Source of the DNA: Ostreococcus lucimarinus | Lineage: Eukaryota | Length of the DNA: 64,000 nucleotides | Reading direction: 5' to 3' (one strand) | Assembly (NCBI GenBank): GCA_000092065.1 | Contig: CP000582.1 | Part shown: positions 53,215 through 64,000 of the stretch, piece after piece | Numbering within the stretch: position 1 is the stretch's first letter | Layout of the letters: every line of letters starts with the position of its first letter | Position numbers and translations under genes: made by a program | The notes under the pieces: generated by a model | Database searches by the model: none | Told to the model about the DNA's origin: nothing | What the model saw: the letters and a program-made list of their open reading frames with translations, nothing else

Positions 53215-53935
53215 AGACTGACGCGTTCAATGCAGTACGGACCGTTTAGACCAAACGTACCAGTTGTTGTACCACTTTGGGTGGCACTCGCCTTGAAACA
53301 AAGTGGTAGTTGTACCATCGAGTTGGATGACTGGTTTAAACTAGAGAATATATTGGCAACTCAAGAGAGAGAAAAGACAGATGCGAAGCAACTTCAGGTT
53401 TCGTCTCTACACTAGATTCTATCGCACAAGCTAAGCTACTCGCAGATTTTGCCGCGATGTTATGTCGAACAGGCACGTACAGTTTCAAAGTATTGGTTAG
53501 AGGATATGCCGCAGCAAAGTGGGATGGCATCCAGTTTAGTAAGTTCGAGTACGCCTGATTGTGGCGGCTATCTTACTTTTAAGCAGGAGGATATCTTGTC
53601 ACTTAGAAAACAAAAATTGCGACAAAGCTTTCGTAAGCTAGAACAGAAGCTAGAAGACATAGACGGACTGGTAGGTGGCCCTGAACACACAACAGAGAGA
53701 CTTCTCACGCTAACATACAGGGCTTTCTCTCACTACAACCGGAGATATCAAATCTTGAACTAACGCTAATAAGGTGCTTTAGCTGCGCATCTATGGAAAT
53801 GAGCACGGCGATGTTTTCAAATTGGTGTGAGCGGCTTCGTAGGAACAATCATCTGTCAAGCCCAAGTGCTGGTAATTGAATCTGCACAATGTTATGAGCA
53901 CGAAAGCTTTGAGAGTGATACAAAATTGTAACTCA

Positions 53936-54504
53936 CTTTTTCCATCTTCGAAAACTCCCATTCCTTGTTCTGAGAAAATGTAAGCGTTGTGATAAGAAAA
54001 TAAAGCTCACGTACACAAAGTGGACAGTTGCTACGCGTCCGAAGCCATTTCGAAATACAGTCCAGATGGAAAACATGTCCACAGTTGCCCCAAGCAATGC
54101 TCAGACCTTCGTCTGATGAAGCAGAAGGGTTTGCTTGATATTCTATACTAGCTTCATGTAGGCTGTTCCTACAGATAGCACATGTATCTGTACAGATGGA
54201 CCAAGACCAAACAGCAACAGCTGACCACTACTTTCTTGTGAGCGACTTCTTTCCCGATCTTAACAGCACTTACCTTTTTCAACTGAAATGTCTGGTCCAC
54301 ATTTGTATGCGACATGTCCACCACCGCCGCAGCGAGACTTTCGTTCGTTGGATACGTTCTGACGTATTGCGCGTTCGTCGGCGCACGAAAATCGCAGCGC
54401 GCGGTCCTTTTTTGCGGTACACTGACAGACATCACGACTGTTTTTTTGTACAATCTCTGCCGCTGCCGCTTCGGTAAACGCAAATATTTTAGCCTATCAA
54501 GCAC
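53936..54504 (-). CDS. RBX1/ROC1-like RING-H2 protein (model uncertain).
   Basis: One exon gives ...EYQANPSASSDEGLSIAWGNCGHVFHLDCISKWLRTRSNCPLC, then a 45-nt intron, then NKEWEFSKM. That matches RBX1 [52 protein letters not shown]. Upstream ORF has AAAVVDMSHTNVDQTFQLKK... resembling the RBX1 N-terminus. The first zinc-site residues could not be modelled cleanly. Confidence 0.4.
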
Positions 54505-54624
54505 ACACCGATTGCTGAGTTGTACAAAAAGCTAAAATCGAGGAAATTCGATTGACCGGCGTTCCGACGGCGACGTAGGGCGCCTGTCGAAAGGCCGTAT
54601 CACATTTGGCATACTACTCAGAAC

Positions 54625-55994
54625 ATGTTCAACGCGAAGAACGGTTTTTCTGAGGCACACGTGAGGGGATGTCAGACCAAACGACTCACCAAACAGAACT
54701 ACGCCGAACTTTCTCGATGTGACACGTTGGAAGACATCAAGACGTACTTGGTATGCACTCTAAGTTGCGCTGAAAGTTAGCGATTGACAATAAACAGCAA
54801 ACGATGAGTGATTATTCAGAATATGTTCGTGATCTTCAAGCGCCAGTGAGACCGGTTGACATTATTGAATGCTGCAGAAAGAGACAGATCGCAGAGTTTA
54901 ATATTTGCTGTCAGCAGGTTTGTAACGTATCTTATTCCTGAAGATAGCCAACAATTGCCATAGGCTTCTTCCCCTTTGTCCAATTTTTTGGAGTATTTGA
55001 CGTACGGATACATGATCGATAATCTTGTGTTGGCTTTAAATGGCATGCTTCGTGGACGTACCACAGAGGTACGCAGTCAATTTTTCAACGAAAACCTGTC
55101 TCAACTGCTGTAGGCAATACTTGAGAAGTGTAGCCCCATTGGTTTTTTCGATTCTTTATCCGCGGTTGTCGTGTCGAGTAGTGTCCAGTGAGTTCTCCTT
55201 CATTTTGACAAACAAGCTCAGATGATTGTAGTACTGTGTAGAGAACTCTACAGACTAGCTCTCGTGGATACACCGCTTGCCTCTTATTTCAGTAGCTCGA
55301 TTAAGGCAGAAGATCTGGATGAGTTAAATATTGAGCTCATACGGAACGTCCTATACAAGGTAAAGTTCCGGTTGCATTTTGACGAAGTGACGCCTGAGGT
55401 CTGCTCTAGGAATATTTGCAAGATTTCATGGTTTTCTGCAACAAAATGGATCAAAACACACGTCAATTGATGGAGGTAACGCAAATGACACCACTAAATG
55501 ACGGGCATTTTGATCAGTACTCCTACCAGAAACTACTTAGCATGGAGGCCGATCGGCACGCGATAAGAATCACACTGAACTCTTTCGGAACAGAGCTTTC
55601 CAAGGCTGATCGAAGAAATCTTTATACGAATTTTGGCACCATGTACCCCGATGGCTTCGCGCGTCTTGCGAATTGTGAAACGGTAGATGAAGTGAAACGC
55701 ATACTAGTAGCTTATCCAGAATTCAGAGAGTTGACGAAAAGTGATGATCCCCACTACATTGACAGGGTACGCAGTCTCTTTTTTTGTATCACAAGACTTA
55801 ACGATTTGCAGGGACTACGCGTTCTCGAACTGGAAGCATGTGGACAAGCACTCGATGAGCAATTCAATTTCGCTATCTTTTATGCTTTCGTAAAGTTTCA
55901 GGAGAACGAAATAAACAACCTGATGTGGCTCACTGAGTGTGTTGCTCAAAGGCAAAAAAGTAGTCTAGGCGAGGGCATTGTCTACATACAATAG
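54625..55994 (+). CDS. V-type proton ATPase subunit d (V0 d/AC39), multi-exon.
   Basis: Exon 1 [42 protein letters not shown] (54625-54750), GTATGC donor. C-terminal exon ...[32 protein letters not shown]...YIQ* (ends 55994). Confidence 0.8.
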
Positions 55995-56097
55995 CGATCC
56001 AAGGAAGTTAAAAGAACGATGCGACGGGTCTGAAAATTAATCTCTCGTTGAATAGTTTCATTATAAACTCAAGATTGTAAATTTAATGTGATGCGTC

Positions 56098-57616
56098 TCA
56101 GTCCGTTTCGTAACCGAACACAGATGAAAAGACATCAATAACTCGAGAGCCTTCATCAATAGTCGCCATTGGATCCTTACGGAGCCTGTGACGCAGGCAG
56201 AGCGACACTACCGAATAAACGTCTTCGTCGGTCACTACCTTGGAACCTCGGAAGGCTGCAGCTGCACGTGATGCGCGAGTCGTCACGAGATCACCACGGA
56301 GGCCATCGACGTCAAGCTCAGCGCAGACTTGGGAAATTTTCAGTCGGATTTCCATGGGAACCTCAACCTCCGGTAACAAGGCGCGCGCCCGAGTCACCTG
56401 GTCTATGATTTCGTCCTGCTTTGCCTTGTATCCCGCGCGGAACGACTTCGGATCCGTGTCAAATGCAGTCCGCTCTTCGACAACCTTGACCCGCTCTTCT
56501 GGCAGTTTCACAGTCTTGATTTGTGCATGCATGCCGAAGCGATCTAAAAGCTGGGGTCGCAGTTCGCCTTCTTCTGGGTTACCGGAACCAATGAGGATGA
56601 AACGAGCCGGGTGACATATACTGATTCCCTCGCGCTCCACTGTATTCCAGCCCGACGCTGCCGAATCAAGCAAAACATCAACAAGGTGGTCGTCTAGTAA
56701 GTTGACTTCATCAACATACAGTATTCCGCGATTCGCCTTGGCGAGGAGACCAGGTTCGAAGGCTTTCGTCCCCTCAGTTAACGCTTTCTCGATATCGATC
56801 GTCCCGCATACGCGATCCTCAGTTGCACCCAAGGGTAAGTCAACCATATTGATAGGAACGAAGGAAGTCTCGAGCGGTTGCTTGGCCCGATATGCCGATA
56901 AAACGTCGGGAGACATCAAGTTCGGATCCGTAGGGCTACTCATAAACGGATCATCTTTCACGATTTCGATGTATGGAAGTAAATCAGTCAACGAACGGAC
57001 TGTCGTCGACTTCCCAGTCCCACGATCGCCCATCACCATGATGCCGCCGATATTCGGATCGATGATGTTCATCAGCGCTGCGAACTTCATCTCTTCTTGG
57101 CCAATGATAGCGCAGAAGGGATATACAGGTCTAGCGGTACTATCCTCCACCTCGGAATCGTTGGAAACTACGTCAAGAGTGAGTAAGTCAATATTCTATG
57201 CCGACACTACAGGGTCTCTTACCGGCTTTAGGGCGAAGTGTCTGCTGCACGCGGCAGCCACGCGTGCCTTGAATGTTCCTGAAAACAAATTGAGAAAAAT
57301 TTCGAAGATCAGTTCGAAACGGGGCGTACTTATATCCCCGGCTCCATCTACAGAGCGCTGTACCGTAGAAGAAAACCGTCAGTCGCCCGAGTTCTGTCGA
57401 TAAGGTTGCGAGCGATGTGTTCGCGTGTCCGCTTGTGCGAAAAGAACGCAATGGGAAAGCCTCACGCGTGACGATCTAACGAACAAAAAAATGAGGATGC
57501 TTGAGTGAAACAAATATCGCGTCAAACTCGCACGTGACGAGAAAACTTCGCGTGCAGGCACGTGTCTCACCGTTTACGTGTTGATGACTGTATGAAACAG
57601 CGGCGGACATCGACAT
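56098..57616 (-). CDS. chlI: Magnesium chelatase ATPase subunit I (ChlI), nuclear-encoded with transit-peptide exons.
   Basis: Main exon 56098-57167: ...ARPVYPFCAIIGQEEMKFAALMNIIDPNIGGIMVMGDRGTGKSTTVRSL... (AAA+ Walker A, full-length ChlI). Proposed upstream exons: 57616-57578 (MSMSAAVSYSHQH, GTAAAC donor) and 57475-57364 (IVTREAFPLRSFRTSGHANTSLATLSTELGRLTVFFY); the latter joins in phase to VSNDSEVEDSTARPVYPF. Confidence 0.75.
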
Positions 57617-58101
57617 GTTGAACTCGCTCGTCTGTTTAAATAATATCCGAATAATTATTCACGATGGTACACGATCTAATCACCCGTGGGCACAACGTGT
57701 GCGCGTGCGTCAGTGCGGCAAGTACAAGTATCGAATGTGACGTGAGCTAAGCTGAGGAAGCGGATAACGATGAAAACATTCGGTTCTATATCATGGTGTA
57801 TTAATGATGTTTCATAAACGCGCACATACTTAACAGCGTGTATTGCATATATCAGTATCTCCACGGTTTATTGTGGGTCTGGCGCGTGCGTTGACGTCTT
57901 CGAGGAAACGACAGCTTTCGCTGAACTTGCAACGCGCGTCAAAACGCTCACGCGAATACTCAGCCACAGTTCCTTCGTCCGTCGTTTGACGCGACAGCTG
58001 TTTCTCAGGTTCAACATCCTGCACTTCTTGCATCAACTCAACAAGGTTGGCTGCATACTCGCCGAACTCTTCGCGACAGGATCCCCGAGTTATTTTTCAC
58101 A

Positions 58102-58996
58102 ATGCAAGCTCGATCTTTATACCGTTTCAAGACGCAGCACTCTAGGTACGCTATAGGTGTAGTTTTCGTCGTTCGAGCATACGGTCGTGAGCGGTGCACC
58201 CCTTTTGTTGGCAAATTAAAGGCGGCACACGCGTGAAACCCTACAGGGGAAGTACTAACGGCTCTTTTTTGTTTTCGCTCCCAGTGGCGTTGGATCATCA
58301 TCTGCGCGCATAGATCGCTCAAAGCACCAAGGCTTACAGACTCGAGTTAAAGCAGGGCTTTATGTCAGCAACCAACAGGGCAAGGGTCCATCGCCTATTG
58401 TGCTGGAAAGGTTTCAAAGCGTTGCCAGCCAACTCATGTCGCAGCGTATTATTCGACTCGGCGGTGCAGTAGATGACGATAGCTGCAACTTAATCGTAGC
58501 TCAACTTCTTTGGTTAGATGCTGCAGATCCCACGAAAGACATTACACTGTACGTAAATTCACCTGGGGGCTCCGTTACAGCAGGAATGGCGGTGTTTGAT
58601 ACAATGCGACATATTCGTCCCAACGTTTCTACGGTTTGTGTGGGTCTTGCGGCATCTATGGGTGCGTTTCTTCTTGCTTCTGGTCATCCGGGCAAAAGAT
58701 ACAGCCTTCCGAACAGTAGGATCATGATTCACCAACCTCTTGGTGGTGCACAAGGTCAAGCCGCAGATATTGAGATACAAGCTAACGAAATCATGCATCA
58801 TAAGTCAACGCTGAACGGCTACCTCGCTGAATTTACCAAGAAACCACTTGAGACGGTGATGGAAGATACCGATCGAGACTTTTTCATGTCGGCTAAGGAA
58901 GCCGTTGAGTATGGCCTTATAGACGCTATCATTGAGCACCCCACAGACGTGGCTGTCAAGGCTTCGGGCATACCTATGTATGCGTCTGGACTGTAA
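58102..58996 (+). CDS. clpP: ATP-dependent Clp protease proteolytic subunit (ClpP), 2 exons, with an N-terminal presequence.
   Basis: Exon 1 58102-58145 [14 protein letters not shown]. Intron 58146-58284 (GTACGC donor, TACTAAC branch, poly-pyrimidine plus CAG acceptor). Exon 2 58285-58996 ...[30 protein letters not shown]...[19 protein letters not shown]...AASMGAFLL...IMIHQPLGG (Ser-His-Asp triad present). Confidence 0.8.
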
Positions 58997-59497
58997 GACG
59001 ACTGCTTCGTCTCGTTTTCCATTGTAAAAGTGACTCTGGTTATAATGTATGAGTCGGCGTGTAGAAGAAAAGCGATTATCCGACGACACGTCATTTTTCA
59101 TGTTGTTCCAGCGAGAGGTAAAAATACATCGCACCAGAACGCACCTCGTCTATGTTGGACGTTCCTTAGCGACAATTTGTTATGAACACCAACCAACGAA
59201 TCCTCAGATTTGCAAACATCTCGCGGCATGCGACACGACAACCTCTACACTCAAGGTTTGCGTGGCAATCAGCCTCACTTGGGCTAGAGTTCCAGTCTCG
59301 AACGGTAAGGTTGGTGTACACTACGGCCGAAGCTTGGCGAGTTTTAGGGAGCTTCAGATAGGTCGTAGACTTCATGTGATGATTGTTTTGAAATTTAATC
59401 TTCTGTCAATATTAAAAGCCGTGAGAGAGGGACTCGACGGGCTCTTAAAGCTGCACATGGCGCTCGCTCATTGTCCGAGCTCATAAGGACTATCAGC

Positions 59498-59826
59498 TTA
59501 CAACGAGAGCCCACTGTCATCGTCCTTGCCACCAGCTACAATGGAAGCATCTTGCTTACCAGCGATAAAGTAGAGGCCAAAGATGGCGAGCGGAACGGTC
59601 GCCAAAATGATGCCCAAGGCGCCGTCGTTGATGCCGAGAGGCAAGCCAGTACCGTCACCGTTCAGTCGATCGTCAACCTACGGCGTTCAAGTTGAAGGAT
59701 AATACGTGTGAAAGGAATCATATCAATACTTACGATCGCGAGCGCCGGAAGTACATTAACCATAGAAGAGAGCGCAAAGGAGCCAGCAACTCGTTTACCC
59801 ATTTCTTGCGGTGCAGTCGCGCTCAT
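59498..59826 (-). CDS. psbW: Photosystem II reaction centre W protein (PsbW), 2 exons.
   Basis: Exon 1 59734-59826 MSATAPQEMGKRVAGSFALSSMVNVLPALAI (thylakoid-transfer-like). 56-nt intron (GTAAGT...CCGTAG). Exon 2 59498-59677 VDDRLNGDGTGLPLGINDGALGIILATVPLAIFGLYFIAGKQDASIVAGGKDDDSGLSL* matches the PsbW mature region (EGTGLPFGLSNN...DEDEDSGLSL). An upstream targeting exon is possible. Confidence 0.7.
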
Positions 59827-60655
59827 AGTGACCACTGTGCGGCCAAGTCAGTATGGTAGATGTCAAAAAGTCCGCGCGAAGAAAAGTACGAAACACACAA
59901 CGTATGCAAATGGATATTTTTCGACGCACCTGATCGCTTGGTAGTGGCATTTTGCTTCTTGACTGTCGGTGGGAAAACGACTTGTCAGTTCTGGTTATAG
60001 CGCGCTTAACAACGCGATCGTATCTTTTCGCAGACAGCGCACACGTACCAGATCGTCGCTGCACGACGTTGCACGGCGTGGAAATCACAGACGAGATAGT
60101 AAACATGTTATTCGTGAACTTTTACACACGATGGCTTGCGCGGGTACGAAGTGGTGTCGTCGGCGATCACCAGCGTCGTATCGCGTACAGATATGCGATT
60201 ATGTTTATGAGTCTCTTTAATTTTTATTACCTAATAGCCTCATCAGTATATGAACCGTAACGGCTCTTTGTTGTTGCGAACGTACGCGTATATTGTACCG
60301 AATTTCTCATAGACGACCGATAGCTCCTGAGCTCTCAGATCTCGTCTAGATCGAGCGCTATCCTATGTTTGATCCTTAGACAAGCGTCGAGAACGGTGAA
60401 CATCACTGTACGCGTCGGCGCCTCCTGTCAAAGTGAAATCATGTTCACATTGAATACTCGAACTACATGCGTTGAACGAAGGTAAGATTGGTGCATCGCC
60501 CCTGGAAACCCAGCCTCTTTTTTGTACTCGATGTTCGTAGCGCGTGACGACGGAACTCACACTCGACTCGAAACCGCACGCGTGCGGTCATGCAATCCAG
60601 AAACGGCAAAATGGTTAGATCCCGAATTATTTTTAAACAACGATGAGGGAGATTT

Positions 60656-62071
60656 TTGGCGCAGTGTTTGCTTGCTGCCTTCGTGATGCACGAAAAGACT
60701 AACGTTATCCTCCCCGAGAACAGCCTGAGCGCGAAGTTGCACGAACCTAAGCTGTCGCGTTCGCGCACGACGGCGCGTGTGACGCCACGAAATGTGGTCA
60801 CAGCGTCTGGTGCCCCTTTAACTGATCGGAAATTGCGTGTCGCTGTCATCGGTGGTGGTCCTGCCGGTGCTTGCGCCGCTGAAACTCTGGCGAAGGGTGG
60901 ATGCGAGACCTTCCTGATCGAGCGCAAGATGGACAACTGCAAGCCCTGTGGTGGCGCCATCCCGCTGTGCATGGTTGGTGAATTCGACTTGCCGGAAGAA
61001 ATCATCGACCGTAAGGTCACTAAAATGAAGATGATCTCGCCTTCGAACCGTGCCGTGGATGTCGGACAAACTCTGAACGACAAGGAGTACATCGGTATGT
61101 GCCGTCGAGAAGTCATGGATGACTTCCTGCGCAAACGCGCGAAGAGCCTAGGCGCGAACCTTGTCAACGGTCTTTTCATGAAAATCGAAGATCCCGGCCA
61201 AGGAAACGGCCCTATCATGGTCCAGTACAACGATTACGAAGAAGAAAGCAAGACTGGCGTTCCCAAAACGCTTGAGGTTGACGTCGTCATCGGCGCGGAT
61301 GGTGCCAACTCTCGCGTTGCCAAGTGCATCGACGCAGGTGAATATGACTACGCCATCGCCTTCCAGGAACGCATTAAGATTCCGGATGCAAAGATGGAGT
61401 ACTATAAAGACCTTGCTGAAATGTACGTAGGCGACGACGTGTCGCCAGATTTTTACGGTTGGGTTTTCCCGAAGTACGATCACGTTGCGGTTGGGACTGG
61501 TACGGTTGTGAACAAGACTGCCATTAAGCAATATCAGACTGCCATGCGCAACAGAGCCGAGGAAAAGTGCGAGGGTGGTAAAATTATCCGTGTGGAGGCG
61601 CACCCGATCCCGGAACATCCGAGACCGAACAGAGTGAAAGGTCGTGTCGCGTTGGTTGGAGATGCAGCAGGCTACGTCACGAAGTGCAGTGGCGAAGGTA
61701 TTTACTTCGCGGCCAAGTCAGGTCGTATGGCAGCCGAGGCCGTTGTCGAACAATCGATGAATGGAACGAAGGAAATTGGCGAGACCGATCTTCGTGTTTA
61801 CCTTGACAAGTGGGATCGCAAGTACTGGGCGACGTACAAGGTTCTTGACATTTTGCAGAAAGTCTTCTACCGCTCTAATCCGGCGCGTGAAGCCTTCGTT
61901 GAAATGTGCGCGGATGAGTACGTGCAGAAGATGACTTTCGATTCCTACCTGTACAAAACTGTTGTGCCGGGCAATCCGTTGGACGATGCGAAGCTCCTCG
62001 CCAATACTGTTGCCTCACTGATGCGCTCGAACGCTCTTCGCATCGCGTCAAAAAGTGGCATCGCCGCCTAA
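60656..62071 (+). CDS. chlP: Geranylgeranyl diphosphate reductase (ChlP) with an N-terminal transit peptide.
   Basis: 471-aa ORF. RVAVIGGGPAGACAAETLAKGGCETFLIERKMDNCKPCGGAIPLCMV (FAD-binding GxGxxG), ...VALVGDAAGYVTKCSGEGIYFAAKSG, with a C-terminus typical of ChlP. N-terminal 60 aa is S/T/R-rich. Confidence 0.85.
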   Translation: MAQCLLAAFVMHEKTNVILPENSLSAKLHEPKLSRSRTTARVTPRNVVTASGAPLTDRKLRVAVIGGGPAGACAAETLAKGGCETFLIERKMDNCKPCGGAIPLCMVGEFDLPEEIIDRKVTKMKMISPSNRAVDVGQTLNDKEYIGMCRREVMDDFLRKRAKSLGANLVNGLFMKIEDPGQGNGPIMVQYNDYEEESKTGVPKTLEVDVVIGADGANSRVAKCIDAGEYDYAIAFQERIKIPDAKMEYYKDLAEMYVGDDVSPDFYGWVFPKYDHVAVGTGTVVNKTAIKQYQTAMRNRAEEKCEGGKIIRVEAHPIPEHPRPNRVKGRVALVGDAAGYVTKCSGEGIYFAAKSGRMAAEAVVEQSMNGTKEIGETDLRVYLDKWDRKYWATYKVLDILQKVFYRSNPAREAFVEMCADEYVQKMTFDSYLYKTVVPGNPLDDAKLLANTVASLMRSNALRIASKSGIAA

Positions 62072-62268
62072 GATGCGATCAGTTTAATTCTTTACGATCA
62101 ATTTCGAAGCAAATTAGTAGCGCTACTTTACAAAACAACTGTTATTGTTATCCACGATCTACGTAAGACACTGTTCGCCTCGCGATGCTTGATATAGGCA
62201 ACTAACACACACTGACGTGTTGCGCTTTCTTACACTCACACCCCACCGAATTGCCGTCAATCGTCTGC

Positions 62269-64000
62269 TCACCAAGCGAGAAGATTGATGAATACCGAAC
62301 CTTTCCAACCCTCTGGGTTGCGTACACCGTCCCGACACAGTTGCTTCACAGCTTTTAAACACAGTTCTTTGCTCGCAGTTGAGATGTCTCGATGTCCTTT
62401 CTCAAGCCGTCGAAGACTCAAGAGGGTGCTCAGACGAAAAACGGTTGAACTAGCCAGTTGCTTCAGGAACTCAACCCGATACTTCGTCTCACGCTCGTTC
62501 CTAGACTCGCATCTGTACATTAACCCAACGTGATTTTCGACGATAATACGGTCTACGAGGAACTCTCGCAACTGCTCTCGTACGTCATGACTGACTGAGT
62601 TCGGGTTGTCGTCTGCGAGCAGTTCGTAAATGGCACCGTGAAGCAGAAAAAGTGCACGCAGATAGGGTGCCGGCATACTCAGCCACTTGAATTGCTTGAT
62701 GCGAGTGCGTAGCAAACGAACAAATTCGTGCTTTGACTCTCCGTGTACATATGCACTGCGCATCGCTTTGCAGGCGAGTTGCACTGTAGAATCTGCACTT
62801 TTAACTTGCAAAGATTTCAACGTTGTCGCTATGGAAGCGAGTAGTTCAATCAACGGAATGCACTCTTGTAACGATTTATTTTGCTCGAACTCGAACCACT
62901 CCTTTTGTATCCATATGAGGAAGTCAGCGCACAAGATACTCGCTACTGGATTCTTGAGCACTACTTCTTCGGCAGTACCAGAAGCCAATTTAGAATGGAA
63001 TATATCTACGAAAAACAAACAAAGCTGGACATAATTTGTACATCGTATGGTATGCTCTACACTTGATATCATCATCTGTTTACTTCGTTTCAGATCGTCC
63101 CAAGCTGAGAATAAAAATTGGTTGACAACAGGAGCCGACAGGTTCGTCAATAAGCCGACCTGCCAAGGTTGGAGTTCTGATGTAGAAGATGTAGAAGGGA
63201 TCAAAATACCGCAGGCGCGCGACATATAGTGTGTTTCGATTGGATTTCCTCTAAGAAGCCTTTCAGACTCTGCGTATTCGCTATGCTTAACGTAAACACC
63301 ACTGAACCCCCCCCGCACAGCGCCCTTCACAGCCTTTGAAATGCCGAATTTACTCAACTTTCGCGACCATTGTGCAGATTTGGCGCTATGAGTTCCCATA
63401 TTCAGGTGTGTACTGGTATTGGAATCATTTTCATGAAAGCAGAGGATCAAAGCGAAGATTTCAACAAGAAGAGGAAGGTCATTGTTTATTGGAGAAACAC
63501 ATGCATCCTGAATTACTGCGGAAAGAACCTCCATAAACTGACACTTGAGTAGCAGTCGAAAAAGTTCATGGCGCACGTTACTGCTCTTAGAACCAACGAG
63601 ACTGTGCGAACGCGCTATGAGTAGTAAGTTCCGTACGAGCGTGAATGTTAACTGTAGAATTTTAGTCAATGTTTCGCCATTTTCCAGGTTGCCAGTTTCC
63701 AACTTCCCAAGTGCTTCAGAGACCAATAACATCAACTTGGGGAATATACAGGCGTGATCCAATAGGACACGGAGCGTGGAATTCAGAGCTTGATTTTGTG
63801 CTATAAAATTCGTACTTTCTTTTTCAGGTGGAAGTGTTAAGAAGACAAGAAGTTTCACCACAAGAAAGGACGTCGACAGCTCGCCACAGTGTGTTCCAAG
63901 AAGCGGCAATAAGTCTTTCCCCAGCACGTTCCACGCAATTAGCTGAAGGAAGACACCCCTTTCGCTAGAATCTTTTTGTAGGAAGCGTGTAATGTCCTGG
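62269..64000 (-). CDS. Timeless (TIM/Tof1) homologue, N-terminal part; its N-terminus lies beyond the window end.
   Basis: ORF continues open past 64000. ...ITRFLQKDSSERGVFLQLIAWNVLGKDLLPLLGTHCGELSTSFLVVKLLVFLTLP aligns with metazoan TIMELESS [56 protein letters not shown]. Confidence 0.55.
   Translation of the reverse strand, partial: QDITRFLQKDSSERGVFLQLIAWNVLGKDLLPLLGTHCGELSTSFLVVKLLVFLTLPPEKESTNFIAQNQALNSTLRVLLDHACIFPKLMLLVSEALGKLETGNLENGETLTKILQLTFTLVRNLLLIARSHSLVGSKSSNVRHELFRLLLKCQFMEVLSAVIQDACVSPINNDLPLLVEIFALILCFHENDSNTSTHLNMGTHSAKSAQWSRKLSKFGISKAVKGAVRGGFSGVYVKHSEYAESERLLRGNPIETHYMSRACGILIPSTSSTSELQPWQVGLLTNLSAPVVNQFLFSAWDDLKRSKQMMISSVEHTIRCTNYVQLCLFFVDIFHSKLASGTAEEVVLKNPVASILCADFLIWIQKEWFEFEQNKSLQECIPLIELLASIATTLKSLQVKSADSTVQLACKAMRSAYVHGESKHEFVRLLRTRIKQFKWLSMPAPYLRALFLLHGAIYELLADDNPNSVSHDVREQLREFLVDRIIVENHVGLMYRCESRNERETKYRVEFLKQLASSTVFRLSTLLSLRRLEKGHRDISTASKELCLKAVKQLCRDGVRNPEGWKGSVFINLLAW

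Noticed and set aside
57188-57451. 87-aa ORF in the track starting with an alternative start codon.
   Set aside because: The ORF track evidently allows GTG/TTG starts (for example ChlI MEDS from GTG and ClpP MLERF from GTG). This ORF is part of the ChlI transit-peptide exon and intron read-through, not an independent gene.

Overview
The window is nuclear DNA from a photosynthetic eukaryote, probably green-lineage. Evidence for that: nuclear psbW, chlI, chlP, clpP and a plastid-targeted glk; GT-AG introns of about 47-190 nt with GTACGT/GTAAGT donors and a TACTAAC-like branch site; roughly 47-48% GC. The main feature is a giant intronless type I modular polyketide synthase (PKS) on the minus strand, 20257 down to 1, continuing past the window start. 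It opens with a loading acyltransferase (AT; GQG and GHSQG motifs) and an acyl carrier protein (ACP). At least five AT-less ketosynthase-ketoreductase-ACP (KS-KR-ACP) extension modules follow, then the start of a sixth KS. Modules 1-3 form a near-perfect in-frame tandem array with a 3609-bp period (1203 codons), and modules 4-5 share long 100%-identity blocks with it, between 2832 and 18316. The provided ORF track shows no minus-strand ORFs over this gene, but hand translation gives one continuous KS-KR-ACP reading frame with canonical motifs. The rest of the window is an ordinary mix of genes: a carotenoid-cleavage dioxygenase fused to two GST-N/glutaredoxin-like domains just upstream of the PKS on the same strand; a HAD-like protein; a plastid-targeted bacterial-type glucokinase; tRNA-Gly(TCC); a pogo/Tigger-like DNA transposon carrying an 877-aa DDE transposase; gamma-tubulin; a homogentisate-type UbiA prenyltransferase; RPL19; a DEAD-box helicase; ERCC1; a SET-MYND/2OG-oxygenase fusion; tRNA-Phe(GAA); an intronless LacZ-type GH2 beta-galactosidase; an ABC1 kinase; a P2X receptor homologue; choline/ethanolamine kinase; an RBX1-like gene; V-ATPase subunit d; ChlI; ClpP; PsbW; geranylgeranyl reductase; and the 5' part of a Timeless homologue. 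Multi-exon coordinates are spans, and exon boundaries were hand-derived and remain approximate.
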